Shown here in pieces: positions 32,030 to 43,252 of a DNA stretch of 64,000 bases (positions within the stretch are counted from its first letter, which is position 1; the number at the start of each line of letters is the position of its first letter). The stretch is from a bacterium. Lineage in GTDB: Bacteria > SAR324 > NAC60-12. The translations under genes and the position numbers were made by a program. Where the stretch lies: positions 192,001-256,000 of the forward strand of contig CBDBHR010000026.1 in NCBI GenBank assembly GCA_965205865.1. The letters are read 5' to 3'. Below the pieces are notes generated by a model. That model saw only the letters and a list, made by a program, of their open reading frames with translations. It was not told the DNA's origin and searched no databases.

Positions 32030-33084
32030 TTCCTATGTCTTTCACTCGCGCTAAACTGCTGAAGCAGCTATCCGGTAGCATGCGACTTTCCAACCTGAGA
32101 ACAAATCCGGAAAATGAATTCATCCTTGTTGTGGAAGAGCTTTATGACCTTTGGCGCAGTAACCGTCTTGAAGTCAAAAGAGATTGGGGGGACTCCCAGC
32201 AGGAACCCAGGTCCATTCCATATACCAACCGAGCCTGTTTTCTGCCAACAGATTGGATCACCCTGAATGCAAGAGTTCCGCAACAACAGTCCATCAAAAT
32301 TGCCACGTGGAATGTCAATTCCATACGCACGCGCATGCCTCTTGTTTTGTCCTGGTTGGAAGAAAAACGGCCGGATATTGTCTGTTTGCAGGAGACCAAA
32401 GTAGAAGATCATGCTTTTCCGGCACAGGAATTGGAATTGGCCGGTTATCGAGCCGTTTTTTCGGGTCAAAAATCTTACAATGGTGTGGCGATTCTTTCAA
32501 GATATGCCATAGAGGAGGTCCGGGTTGGATTTTCTAACGGTTATGACCCTGAAAACAAGCGCTTGATTGCCGCCCGCATCCTGGGAATATGGTGCATCAA
32601 CGTCTATATTCCCCAAGGAGAATCCACTCTGTCGCCAAAATTTGCTTACAAACTCGAGTTTCTGGAAGAATTGTTACGAGAATTGGAGAGCAACTACGAC
32701 TCTGCAGATTTTCTTTTGCTGGCGGGAGATATAAATATTGCACCGGATGAACGGGATTTGTCGAATCCGGAAGCTATGCGGCAGCAAGTCAGTTTCCATC
32801 CTGAGGAACATCAATTCCTGAAGAAGTTGAGGGGTCAGAATTTCAACGACGTGTTCCGTCAGTTTCACCAGGAAAAAGGCCAGTATTCTTGGTGGGATTT
32901 TCGCACTCGTGGATTTGAAAAAGATCAAGGGATGCGGATTGACCACATCTGGGTCTCCCCTGCTCTCCTGACCCATTGCCAATCCTGCGTAATTGACGTC
33001 AATGCCCGTGAACAGCCCAAGCCATCAGACCATGCGCCTGTTCTTGCTGAAATCCAATTCCCGGTCACTATGGTCTCGATCTGA
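32026..33084 (+). CDS. xth: Exodeoxyribonuclease III with an N-terminal extension
   Basis: KIATWNVNSIR, LQETK, GDINIAP, YSWWDFR, RIDH, PSDHAPV. Confidence 0.92.
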   Translation: MIPMSFTRAKLLKQLSGSMRLSNLRTNPENEFILVVEELYDLWRSNRLEVKRDWGDSQQEPRSIPYTNRACFLPTDWITLNARVPQQQSIKIATWNVNSIRTRMPLVLSWLEEKRPDIVCLQETKVEDHAFPAQELELAGYRAVFSGQKSYNGVAILSRYAIEEVRVGFSNGYDPENKRLIAARILGIWCINVYIPQGESTLSPKFAYKLEFLEELLRELESNYDSADFLLLAGDINIAPDERDLSNPEAMRQQVSFHPEEHQFLKKLRGQNFNDVFRQFHQEKGQYSWWDFRTRGFEKDQGMRIDHIWVSPALLTHCQSCVIDVNAREQPKPSDHAPVLAEIQFPVTMVSI

Positions 33085-33101
33085 ACCCCGCCCCGTCCTT
33101 T

Positions 33102-33464
33102 TCAGCTAGGCTGGATCTGGCACAATGACATAAATTGTTCTTCGTCCAATTGAAAAACACCATCGCTCTCGGAGGAGATCTCCACGCGCACTTCTGCATC
33201 AAAACCCAGGACAATGTAGCTGTCGTCGTAAATTTGCAAAAAATAGAAAATAGTCAGGTCTTCCTGCATGTCTTCATAGTAAAATCCTATCCTGAGCAAT
33301 CCCGAGTCAATCAGTTCTGTTAAGAAAGCCCGGTCATCTCCTTGATATCCAGGCAAATGTTCAAAAGCTTCTTTATAGGGAAAGGTATCAATGGCATATT
33401 CGAGAATCATTTCCTCTCCTTCACTTCCCAAGCACAATTCCACCCACTCACTTTGTACTTTCAT
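33102..33464 (-). CDS. Acidic hypothetical protein
   Basis: 120 aa ORF co-oriented with the nadD/glyA block; GGAG upstream of ATG. Confidence 0.6.
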   Translation of the reverse strand: MKVQSEWVELCLGSEGEEMILEYAIDTFPYKEAFEHLPGYQGDDRAFLTELIDSGLLRIGFYYEDMQEDLTIFYFLQIYDDSYIVLGFDAEVRVEISSESDGVFQLDEEQFMSLCQIQPS

Positions 33465-33528
33465 AGATCTCTCCGGAGGATTTAGATAATGGCATCAAGA
33501 TTTCAGTGTAAATTGAAGAAAAAAAATA

Positions 33529-34212
33529 TCAATATTTTTCGTCCATTTTCTTTTTCTTCTCCATTTCCTGGCGAAAGTTGGCATAAACGGAACGTGCAGG
33601 TGACGGCAACCACTCGATTCCCGCATGACCGTCTCGAATTTCTGTGGAAGAAATACGCGGTATGTCAAATTCGAAGTAACGTACGAGTTCGCGCCCTTCA
33701 TAAAGAGCGGATTGTCGCTGCGGATCCCAATTAATCCCTTCAAACCATTGAGGAAGAGGTGCTTGGAGCATGGGCCCAGGCAGGCATGGTTCGTTTGAAA
33801 TTGAAGAACTCGGGCGTTTCACAACCCATAAAGAAGCAATAGATAGAATATCTCTGGCATTTTTCCACTGTGGAAATTCTTGAAAAGTATCCCAGCCCAG
33901 CACAAGGTGCCATATCACTTCCGTATGCTGCTTTTGAAGGTATCTCAACGTATGATAAGTATATCGCGCCTGGCGACTTTTGATTTCAAAATCGCAAATC
34001 TTTACGCGCTCCCAATCCTGAAAGGTTTGTTGGATCATCTCCAAACGTAAGGCATTGGGCAGCAAAGGTTGTTGAAGTTTGAAAGGAGAACGACTGGTTG
34101 GCATGATCACAATTTTTTCCGCTTCCAGTTGTAACAATTGTTCAACCACGGCAACGTGCCCCTTATGAATGGGGTTGAAACTCCCTCCGAATATTGCATA
34201 ATGCAGAGGCAT
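33529..34212 (-). CDS. nadD: Nicotinate-nucleotide adenylyltransferase
   Basis: FGGSFNPIHKGH and ISSTEIR motifs. Confidence 0.9.
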   Translation of the reverse strand: MPLHYAIFGGSFNPIHKGHVAVVEQLLQLEAEKIVIMPTSRSPFKLQQPLLPNALRLEMIQQTFQDWERVKICDFEIKSRQARYTYHTLRYLQKQHTEVIWHLVLGWDTFQEFPQWKNARDILSIASLWVVKRPSSSISNEPCLPGPMLQAPLPQWFEGINWDPQRQSALYEGRELVRYFEFDIPRISSTEIRDGHAGIEWLPSPARSVYANFRQEMEKKKKMDEKY

Positions 34213-34245
34213 CTTTAGTCTTGTCAAGGCTGAGATTATTCAGGC

Positions 34246-35538
34246 TCAAGCATATTGCATTTCAGTGAATTGGCTACGAAATCCGCAAACAGCTTCTTGA
34301 ACACGGCCGCCTTGCAAAGCTCCCGCAATTAATTCAGCGATCTCTCCCATTTCTGTTTCTTTCATTCCAAAGCGAGTCATCTCCTGTACCCCAATGCGGA
34401 GTCCGGAAGGATTACGGACATCCCGGTCTCCCGGAAGCATGTTGTGATTGAGAATGATGTTGTTGGCGGCCAACTGTTTTGCCAATTCGATGGCGGAGCC
34501 CCGGGCAGAGACATTGACAGCAATTTGATGGCTCTCGGTGAAGCCGAACTCTGGCGCTTCTACAGCTAATCCTTCGTCAAAAAGAGCTTGTCCCAAGGCT
34601 TTTGCGTTTTTCACTATTTGTCCGGCATAGGCTCTCCCGAACTGTTTCATTTCCCGGATTGTGGCAAGCAGACCGGGCAAGGTGTGCAGATGGTGGCTGC
34701 TTGAAGAACCTGGCAGGATTCCCCGGTCGATGCTGGTCCACCATTTCAGTTCTTCTTCTTTTTTCAGATTGCCCAAGACCATGCCACGCTGCGGCCCTGG
34801 AAAAGTCTTATGAGCACTCGCCGTGATAAGATGCGCCCCTTCCTGAAAAGGATTTTGAAATTGCTCTCCGAGGATCAATCCCAGCACGTGCGCAGCATCG
34901 TATAAGACCGGGATGTTTTTCGCGCGGCAGATTTCCGCGATTGAGGAAACCGGCTCCGGAAATAAAAATAAACTTTTTCCCAAAATCACCAAGTTGGGAG
35001 AAGTTTGTTCGATCAAATCCAAGCTTTTAGCAACATCAATATGGTAGCGGTCTACGGTGGTCGGCCAAAAGTGCAAGGAAATGGAGTTTTTCCTGTTCAT
35101 GGCCAAGACCTGTCCACGGACTTGGACCCGCCGGCCAAAGACGCCAGTGGGATTATGACTAATATGACCCCCGGCATCAATGGAATTGGCAATCACGGTA
35201 TCATTGCCACGCAGCAAGGAGAGGGCAACCGCAGTATTGGCAGCATTTCCGCTTATCGGACGAACATCGGCCTGCGCACAATGGGCCAGCGCTTTCAATT
35301 CCTCGGTAGCCATGGTTTCAATCTGATCTATGTAAGCGGTCCCTTCGTAGTATCGATTGATTGTCTCGGAAGTATTGGGATGTCCTTCGGCATAGCGACC
35401 CATGAAATCATTGCACTCCATGGCACGCACTGCAGGTGATTGGGCATTTTCACTGGCAATCAAATTGATCGTTTCCTGCCCCCGCCAGCGATTTTGATTT
35501 TCAATAATTTTTACGATATCCGATATATCGACGGACAT
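34246..35538 (-). CDS. glyA: Serine hydroxymethyltransferase (archaeal-like signature)
   Basis: NLIASEN, RYAEG, YDAAHVLGL, SAHKTFPGPQRG, PSGLRIG. Confidence 0.9.
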   Translation of the reverse strand: MSVDISDIVKIIENQNRWRGQETINLIASENAQSPAVRAMECNDFMGRYAEGHPNTSETINRYYEGTAYIDQIETMATEELKALAHCAQADVRPISGNAANTAVALSLLRGNDTVIANSIDAGGHISHNPTGVFGRRVQVRGQVLAMNRKNSISLHFWPTTVDRYHIDVAKSLDLIEQTSPNLVILGKSLFLFPEPVSSIAEICRAKNIPVLYDAAHVLGLILGEQFQNPFQEGAHLITASAHKTFPGPQRGMVLGNLKKEEELKWWTSIDRGILPGSSSSHHLHTLPGLLATIREMKQFGRAYAGQIVKNAKALGQALFDEGLAVEAPEFGFTESHQIAVNVSARGSAIELAKQLAANNIILNHNMLPGDRDVRNPSGLRIGVQEMTRFGMKETEMGEIAELIAGALQGGRVQEAVCGFRSQFTEMQYA

Positions 35539-35633
35539 AGTGATTCTCCAAAGATCGAGTTTCAGGTTTATCAAAAAGCAAAGAAGTTATTTCTTTGCCA
35601 AGATGCGTCCATTCATTTCATGGGGGGGGTGAT

Positions 35634-36623
35634 TTATTTCGATTCTAATTGTTGCAATAAATCTGCTTTGTTAAATGAAACGACGCCAACGTGCATAATC
35701 GACATCCCGGCAGCAAGGTTCGCCCAGTGGGCTGCATGTTCTATTGGCGCTTTTCCTGCCATCAAAAACGCCATCACGCTGACTACCATATCTCCGGCTC
35801 CCACCACATCAAATACATCCTGGGCTTGGGAAGCAAAATGCGTATAATTCCCCGGACTTTGAAACAACAACAGCCCATCACGGTCCAAACTGATGGTGAC
35901 ATACTGAAAATTATAATCTCTTTGGATCTGTTCAGCAGCTTCAAGAGCTTGTTCCTTGCTTTGTAGTGGTCGCTGCAAGAGCGATTCAATTTCCTTGCGG
36001 TTGGGTTTGATCAGGGTAAGATCCCGATAAATCTGATAATCCGCCATTTGCCGCGGGTCGACAATTGTAGGAACCGCATGTTGTATTGTCTGTTCCCGGA
36101 TCGTATCCAACACACGATCCGTTAACAATCCCTTTCCATAATCCGAAATGAGGACCAATTCCACCCGGGGAATGGATTCCCTCAAAAATTCAAGGATAGC
36201 AGGCTCACAAGCAAGCTCCCATTCGGGAGGAGGATCATAGTCCATGCGAAGCAAATGATGATGCCCCGCAATCATTCGATGCTTGAGAATGGTCGTCAAA
36301 TCCTCCTGTTGTCGTACACCGCGCGTTGCAATTTGGCTTGCGGCGAAAAGTTCTTGCATCACCTGAGCCTCCGTGTCTCGACCGACCACCCCGCAGGCTA
36401 CCACTCGAGCCCCCAACGTCGCTAAATTGCGCATGGCATTGGCCGCGCCTCCCAGCCTGTTTTCTTCCAATTGGACTTGTAGAATGGGGATGGGAGCTTC
36501 CGGAGAAATTCGGCTGACGCTACCAAAGGTATGCCGGTCCAGCATCAAATCGCCTATCACTAATATTGCTGGGGACTGAACTTGCTCCAGGGAAAGTTGG
36601 AGTTCTTGCTTGTTGACCAACAT
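35634..36623 (-). CDS. D-glycero-D-manno-heptose-7-phosphate kinase (RfaE domain I / HldA type)
   Basis: GDLMLD, RISPEAPIP, SDYGKG, KPNRKE, DVVGAGD. Confidence 0.9.
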   Translation of the reverse strand: MLVNKQELQLSLEQVQSPAILVIGDLMLDRHTFGSVSRISPEAPIPILQVQLEENRLGGAANAMRNLATLGARVVACGVVGRDTEAQVMQELFAASQIATRGVRQQEDLTTILKHRMIAGHHHLLRMDYDPPPEWELACEPAILEFLRESIPRVELVLISDYGKGLLTDRVLDTIREQTIQHAVPTIVDPRQMADYQIYRDLTLIKPNRKEIESLLQRPLQSKEQALEAAEQIQRDYNFQYVTISLDRDGLLLFQSPGNYTHFASQAQDVFDVVGAGDMVVSVMAFLMAGKAPIEHAAHWANLAAGMSIMHVGVVSFNKADLLQQLESK

Positions 36624-36635
36624 CGCTTTTGGGAT

Positions 36636-37688
36636 TTATGATTTTTTCTGCAAATATTTTTCGATGACTTTTTCGAATTGCTCCAGGGGCAATGACCCGG
36701 AAAGGATTTCTCCCATGACTTGTTGGGCGTTGGCATCATAGGATCCGATGACAAACCCGGGTGTGCCACTGATGCCGATCGAAAACCCTTCTTCGATATC
36801 ATTTTGGACCAGTTCCCGGTATTTTTCCTCATCGACACATTGCTCAAACTTTTTTAAATCCCTGATATTGATCTGCTTGCCATATGCTTTCAGGTTCTCA
36901 GGGAATTGTTGACGTGGATGCGCAAAAAGAATCGCATGCATTTCTTCGAACTTTCCCTGTTCTCTGGCACATTCCGCGGCATTGGCGGCTTCATCGGCTT
37001 CTGTGTGAAACGATAAGGGAAAATGGCGGTAGGCAAAAGTGACTTTGCCCTCATATTTTTTGATCAATTGGCTGATGGTCGCTTGCGAACGGGCGCAAAA
37101 AGGGCATTGGTAGTCCGAATATTCCAACAACATTACAGACGCTTCCGGACTGCTGCGAATCATTGCGGATCCGACTGCTGCGGTCACCAAGAACTCTAAA
37201 GGAGGCTCTAAATAAGAGATGACCAAATCTTGTTTCAATGCACTGTTAAATTGCTGGAGTTTGTATTTGAATTCGATTTGCCGGGTGAGGAATTGCTTGA
37301 TTTGCGGGGCAAACTGTTCCAGACTGCCACGCTTTTTGAGTTGATTCTGTTCATAAAAGCGCTGAATCTGATCATTGCTGATTTCGATTTGATAATTTTC
37401 TCCAAATTCCGAATGCGTCTTTGCCAGCTTTTTCAGGATATAGCGCGGTAACTCGTCCTGAAGCGCTTCATGCAATTGCGTCAGCAAATCGTGAATCGAC
37501 TTGTTCGTGACATCCTGGAGGTGAATGGCTTCTCCTTCCAAAGTCGCAACAATGGGATTATTCGTATAAATCCGACTAGCAGAAATGGTGTTGTCAGCGG
37601 TTGGTGATCTCTCTCCTTCTTGAGCCCATGCAATCGAAATGAGGCACCCCACAGAACAACACACTATAAAAAATTTGAAGAACTTCAT
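36636..37688 (-). CDS. DsbA/thioredoxin-fold protein
   Basis: EYSDYQCPFC, RHFPL, GISGTPGF; signal peptide. Confidence 0.88.
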   Translation of the reverse strand: MKFFKFFIVCCSVGCLISIAWAQEGERSPTADNTISASRIYTNNPIVATLEGEAIHLQDVTNKSIHDLLTQLHEALQDELPRYILKKLAKTHSEFGENYQIEISNDQIQRFYEQNQLKKRGSLEQFAPQIKQFLTRQIEFKYKLQQFNSALKQDLVISYLEPPLEFLVTAAVGSAMIRSSPEASVMLLEYSDYQCPFCARSQATISQLIKKYEGKVTFAYRHFPLSFHTEADEAANAAECAREQGKFEEMHAILFAHPRQQFPENLKAYGKQINIRDLKKFEQCVDEEKYRELVQNDIEEGFSIGISGTPGFVIGSYDANAQQVMGEILSGSLPLEQFEKVIEKYLQKKS

Positions 37689-38039
37689 ATTTTCCTTTTT
37701 TAATACAATCAAGACGTACAGCAGTGACGACGCATTGTTCTTTACCCAATCGACGCTTTTGGCAGCTGTAATCATACATGGGGATGCGTATCGAATTGTC
37801 TGCCAGTCAATAATGGTCTGCCACGGAGCCGCACTACCTTCTAAACTCTTCGGACCTCTGAAAAATGTATGCTCATGATATTAAAATTCAAAAATTTCGC
37901 AAGACGGAAGTCACTCGTTAAACTCGGAATGATTCACTTGCAAAGTAAAGGATTTCTTCATATCTTCGACATATTCCAAGCCCTACATTTTTCTCCTTTC
38001 CGGACAAGCCTTTCTGATTAAACAAGACATTGATTCAGC

Positions 38040-39725
38040 ATGCCCAAACTCTCCCACAAAATTGCCTTTTGGTTGACCATCATTGGAGCAATGGCAACCG
38101 GAGTCGCGATGGGATTGAGTTCCCGTACTACTTTTCTCGGATTGCTTTGGCTTATTGCCTTAGTTCCCCTGTTCATTGTCTTTGACCGGATTTGTCAAAA
38201 CCCCGGTAATTCCTGGCGCAAAAAAGCAATTTTGACTTTGCTTGCTTGCTGGGTCGCGGGTTGCATTTCTGCTGCATTGGCAGCTTCATTCATGACGCAT
38301 TCGATCCATGTCTTTGGGCATCTCAACAAGACAGTCGCAGTACTGATAACCGTATTTGGTTACGGATTGGAATTGACCCTGGTGCTTTTCATAGTCTTTG
38401 CAGTCCCCATTCTATGGATCAGGCAATGGCAAGGTTGGGACATTGTGGTACGCCTCACTTTTTTTTTGATGGTGGAGCCGATTTATCCCAAGTTTTTTCC
38501 TTGGACAATTGGAAAAATCGCATTTCTCGAAGTGCCCTGGATTGCCCAAACTGCTGATTTGATGGGTTCTTGGGGACTGGGATACTATGCGGTGGGCTGC
38601 AATTTTTTACTTCTCTTTTTATGGCGTTTGTACCGCCAGCGTCTGCATGGTTCGCCTTCCTCGTTCAACAAAAGGCTGGCATCGCGTTTCGCTGGGATTT
38701 ACGTTGTGTTGCTGGTTTCAGGAATTGGATATGGAGGATGGAGGACTCATCAGCTTCGCCCTCTTTTTTCACAAGCCCCGGTGCTTTCCGTGGCGGCGAT
38801 TCAACCCAATTTTTCCCTGCAAAGACTTGCTTCCAATCCGGACTTGGCATATTCAAAACGAAAAAATAATATCCACGCTCTGCTTATGGATTCTGCAAAA
38901 GCCTTGGCAGCATTCTCGGACTCGAGTTCCCAAACTGACTCTTCCATTCTCAAACTCGTGGTCTGGCCCGAATCAGTCTATCCTTTCGATGCCAAAAACG
39001 TGGAGGGACGGCATCTCGTTGAACAGTTTGCCAGATCTCAGCAAACGGCTGTTTTGTTAACCTCCGTCGATTGGGAATTCACGCCTGCGGGCGATCGGCA
39101 ATGGTATGGCATTTCTCTTTTAATAGGAGCTGATGGTACACTAAAAGAACGTTACAACAAAATATACTTGATGCCTTTTGGCGAATTCATTCCGGGCGCT
39201 GAGCTTTTCCCCGCCTATCGGCGGTGGTTGAAAGAATTGGTGCCTAATATTTCCGAATTTGCGCCAGGAAAAGAATATACGGTGTTTCAGCTTTCCGATA
39301 CCATTAGATTTTCAGGTGTCATTTGCTATGATGCCTTTTCTGTAGAAATCATACGCAACATGGTGCGTAATGGTGCAGAGTTGATCGTCAATTTGAGCAA
39401 TCTTTCTTGGTTTGGCCGAACCAATGCCTCTCGGTTGATGGAGTTGATCCTCCGTTGGCATGCCATCGAAAATCGCGTGCCTTTCCTGCATATCTCCAAC
39501 AATGGAGAAAGCGTGTTTCTCAATCCCCTGGGAGAACCGATGAGTGAGAGATTGGGACTTTTTGAACAAGGTAGCTTGTCCGAAACGATCCATTTGCAGC
39601 AGCATTATTCCATTTATCGAGAACATAGAGAATGGATTCATGGCGGAATCATAGCGCTTTTTCTCATCACCTTGCTTTTGGGACACAAGCGTGGAAAAAT
39701 ATTTACAAACAATTTCGATGCTTGA
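38040..39725 (+). CDS. lnt: Apolipoprotein N-acyltransferase
   Basis: VVWPES, YNKIYLMPFGEFIP, ICYD; N-terminal transmembrane helices. Confidence 0.9.
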   Translation: MPKLSHKIAFWLTIIGAMATGVAMGLSSRTTFLGLLWLIALVPLFIVFDRICQNPGNSWRKKAILTLLACWVAGCISAALAASFMTHSIHVFGHLNKTVAVLITVFGYGLELTLVLFIVFAVPILWIRQWQGWDIVVRLTFFLMVEPIYPKFFPWTIGKIAFLEVPWIAQTADLMGSWGLGYYAVGCNFLLLFLWRLYRQRLHGSPSSFNKRLASRFAGIYVVLLVSGIGYGGWRTHQLRPLFSQAPVLSVAAIQPNFSLQRLASNPDLAYSKRKNNIHALLMDSAKALAAFSDSSSQTDSSILKLVVWPESVYPFDAKNVEGRHLVEQFARSQQTAVLLTSVDWEFTPAGDRQWYGISLLIGADGTLKERYNKIYLMPFGEFIPGAELFPAYRRWLKELVPNISEFAPGKEYTVFQLSDTIRFSGVICYDAFSVEIIRNMVRNGAELIVNLSNLSWFGRTNASRLMELILRWHAIENRVPFLHISNNGESVFLNPLGEPMSERLGLFEQGSLSETIHLQQHYSIYREHREWIHGGIIALFLITLLLGHKRGKIFTNNFDA

Positions 39726-39966
39726 ATCCCAAAGTCTTCATTGCCAGAATCAAGGCAATCTAACTCAGAGATGGGAGATCTGTTGAAAAAAAGAGTATTG
39801 CGAATTACGACTTGGAGATCCATCCCAGACGCCAAGAGCTAAAGTTTCAGCATGTGACCGCACGGGCAGTTGATGTTTAGGTCGTTGGATTGCCAAAAAA
39901 ATAGGGGACTGCTGGTCAAAACATTGAAACGGCACGGGGTATTGGTTATCGATTTAAAGAGCTTTT

Positions 39967-41394
39967 ATGCGTAGAAGAAGACTGCTTTGGCAGATTTATC
40001 CTTCTTACCTATTGATCACCATCATTTCGCTGTCGGCAGTCTTTTGGTACGCCTCGAATTCAATCAAGAAGTACATTTTTGAACAAACTGAAGAAGGCCT
40101 TCAGGGCAAAGCCAAGATGCTCGAAAGTCAATTCTCCAATCAACAGATTCTCTCTGACTCTGAAACTGTTGACGCGTTGTGCAAAAATTCAGGTAAAGCG
40201 GGCGGTATACGAGTGACCGTAATTCTTCCTTCCGGAAAAGTGATTGGCGATACAAATCAAAATCCTGCCGTCATGGAAAATCATGCTGGTCGACCGGAAA
40301 TCGTGGAAGCGATTGGCGGAAAAGTGGGAACCTCAATTCGGGACAGCACGACGCTTCAAAAAAAAATGATGTATGTTGCCATTCCTTTGATGCGGACCGG
40401 ACGAATCGTCGGAGTGCTTAGAACATCTGTTCCCATCACCCTCATCGGACAATCTTTAAACAAAATCCGGATCCGGTTATTTCTTCAATGGGGAATCATT
40501 GCCATTGTCGCAGCTGTTATTAGTTTGTTTATTGTTCGTCGTGTCATCCGTCCTTTGAATCAAATGAGAAAAGGGGCGGAACGATTTGCTCAGGGGGATT
40601 TAGCGCATCAGTTGTCGGTCCCGCATTCCGAAGAAATCGGAGGACTTGCTGAAACCTTGAATCAAATGGCATGCCAACTCAATGATCGCATTGAAACAAT
40701 TGTGAAGCTGGAAAACGTTCGCAGCGATTTTGTTGCCAATGTTTCCCATGAACTGAAAACACCGATTACTACCATCAAGGGGTCTGTAGAAACACTTCTG
40801 GATGAAGCTTTCCATCTATCAGACGATGCGAAACGCTTTTTGCGCATCATTGCCAGACATACCGACCGTCTCAGCGCCATCACTGATGACCTGCTCACCC
40901 TGGCAAGAGTGGAAGAGGAAAATGAAAAGAGAAAGCTGCTTTTTAAAAAGAATCCGCTCAAAGAAATCCTGGATCTCGCCGTTGAAGATTGTGAACAGCA
41001 AATTCTGGAAAAAAATATAAAAATCAGCCTCGACTGCCAGCAAGGTCTTCAGGCCAAAGCCAATGCCCCGCTCTTGCAACAAGCAATTGTCAATCTGATC
41101 AGCAATGCCATCAAATACAGCCCTGCTGATAGCCCCATTGCCATTGACGCTCAACAATTCGATTCAAATGTTCGCATTCAGGTCAAGGACCAGGGTTGCG
41201 GCATTGCAGCCAATCACCTTCCTCGTTTGTTTGAAAGGTTCTATCGCGTAGACCCCGCCAGAAGCAGAAAACTGGGTGGCACCGGGCTGGGCTTGGCCAT
41301 TGTCAGACACATCATTCAAGCGCATGAAGGATGGATCGAGGTTGAAAGCAGACTGGAACAAGGCAGTACGTTTTCCATTTTCCTTCCAAAATAA
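39967..41394 (+). CDS. PhoR-like HAMP sensor histidine kinase
   Basis: FVANVSHELKTP, NAIKYS, FERFYRVDPARSRKLGGTGLGLAIV. Confidence 0.92.
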   Translation: MRRRRLLWQIYPSYLLITIISLSAVFWYASNSIKKYIFEQTEEGLQGKAKMLESQFSNQQILSDSETVDALCKNSGKAGGIRVTVILPSGKVIGDTNQNPAVMENHAGRPEIVEAIGGKVGTSIRDSTTLQKKMMYVAIPLMRTGRIVGVLRTSVPITLIGQSLNKIRIRLFLQWGIIAIVAAVISLFIVRRVIRPLNQMRKGAERFAQGDLAHQLSVPHSEEIGGLAETLNQMACQLNDRIETIVKLENVRSDFVANVSHELKTPITTIKGSVETLLDEAFHLSDDAKRFLRIIARHTDRLSAITDDLLTLARVEEENEKRKLLFKKNPLKEILDLAVEDCEQQILEKNIKISLDCQQGLQAKANAPLLQQAIVNLISNAIKYSPADSPIAIDAQQFDSNVRIQVKDQGCGIAANHLPRLFERFYRVDPARSRKLGGTGLGLAIVRHIIQAHEGWIEVESRLEQGSTFSIFLPK

Positions 41395-41483
41395 GGTTGG
41401 GATATTTAGGCGCCGTCAGACGAAAGGAGCGGAAACCAATAAGCCGAACCTAATGCGAATTGTTAATTTTTATTTCTTGAACA

Positions 41484-41556
41484 AAATATTAGAAATAGAT
41501 CCTCATCATCCCTCTCTGAGGCTGCATCAATTGAAAGGTAAATTAAAAAATTTACA
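41484..41556 (+). pseudogene. RelE/YafQ-like toxin fragment cut by IS1380
   Basis: ILEIDPHHPSLRLHQLKGKLKNLH ends at the IS terminus. Confidence 0.55.
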
Positions 41557-43252
41557 CCTAAATCCTGCAATTGAATATTTTGATTGAGTTTCCCCCCACT
41601 CTTTGAGAGGTTTTTTTAAAAAAAAGGATTTGAGAGTTGAATTTCCATCAGTCCTTGCTCATAAAGGTTTTTCCGCCCTCCATTAGATCGTCATATTTTG
41701 TGATGATCTGATACCCGCTTTCGCGGGCACAAGATTCAAGACGTACTTCTCCCTGGATTTGGGAATCTACATCTCAGCAAAATGTATCCACTGGAGTGAA
41801 ACAAAGGATCCAGGTCTCTCCAACAGCGACCCATGCATCCCATTGAGCATTGTAAAGTGTTCTTTCCGGAACTCTCAGTTTTTGTTGACGAGCGCCACTC
41901 GTCCATTTTCCTGCCATTCGGACAAGATAGGTGCGCATGGTGGCCGGTTCCCAACGGCGCAGTATTGCGTTACCACTACAAAGGGCCATCCAGCGCAGCG
42001 TGTTGTAAGCGAGTATCGCGCATTGGAACAAGGCACTGTTGGCCCAAAAATCGTCGGTTTTAATCTGAGCCAGCGCAGTTTGATTTTTTGCTTCCTCAAT
42101 CCATGTCTCAGCGACCGCCCTTTGGCCATACTCTTTGTGAGCCTGCCAGGGAGTGAGCGCGTCAGTGAGAACATAACAAAAATAATCGTACTCCTTCATC
42201 TCAAAGAGGGTGGCCATCCCTTTGAGTTCCTCCTCTTTCTCCCTGCGTACGGCCATGAATTTTCTTGACCTCCTCCAAGTTTCACATTGGTGGGAAAACT
42301 CACACCCTTCCCAAGCGGGCTGCCCCTTCACTTTTTGCCATTTTTGGGTTTCCAACAACGAGACAAGCCCCTTGAGTTTGACCTTGATCAGATAGCCATG
42401 GCCTCGTTCTTCGAGGAAATCCAGCAAATCCCCCACAAAAAAACCACTGTCTCCACGAAACAGAGTGCGAGTCCGATTTGGAAGGTGAGCGAGAAGTTGC
42501 CGCATGAATTCAACGACTCCATTGCTGGTATAGGCACTCCCATCACGAAGCCAACCCTGAAGAATCTCCTTTGTCTCTGCGCAAAATGCCAGCAGAGGAT
42601 GATACGAAGCTGCACCGCGTTTGTGGGGATTATATCCGACAGACACTCCTTGCTGCTTGCCGTAGGCCGTTTTCACAGTGGAGTCCACGTCAATCACAAG
42701 ACAGTGTAACACCCCAACGATGCTTGTCCCACTTCGAAGCGCCTTACGCCAGATACCGGCTCGAATCCGATGGTTCAAGCTCTCCATCTCATTGATGTTT
42801 TTCTGTGTGAAAGTACGCAGTATCCGGCCGAATGTGGTTTCATCCGGAATCCTCAGCCAACCGGCCACACGACTCAAAACACGGTCGTTCCAAACTGTCA
42901 CAATCGAACGAATCGAACGGGCGCCACCAACAATGCCGACCACCGACAAAATGACCATGTCCACCGCGTCATAAAGACCCGTGGCGCCACGCCGATGATC
43001 TACGGTCTGCTCTGTCTTTGAAACAATCCCTTCTTTGTGAAAAAATTTGACAACCGGAATCAAGCCTGCTTGCGCGGTCAGGTCTCTGCCTCCCTGGCTG
43101 ATATGGATGTTTTTTGCTGTCGTTCTTGCCGATCTTGCGCTACCTTTGTTTTTCATGGTAATGGTGATCTCTTAAAATGTTGATTCTGGTGTTAACTATT
43201 TGAGTATATTACCATTTCCATGTTTGATTGTCATCTAATTGCAGGATTTAGG
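41557..43252 (-). mobile_element. IS1380 family element with intact transposase (41774-43156)
   Basis: Perfect 16 bp TIR cctaaatcctgcaatt / aattgcaggatttagg; IDVDSTV, YHPLLAF, RGDSGFF, YGQRAVAETWIEEAK. Confidence 0.93.
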
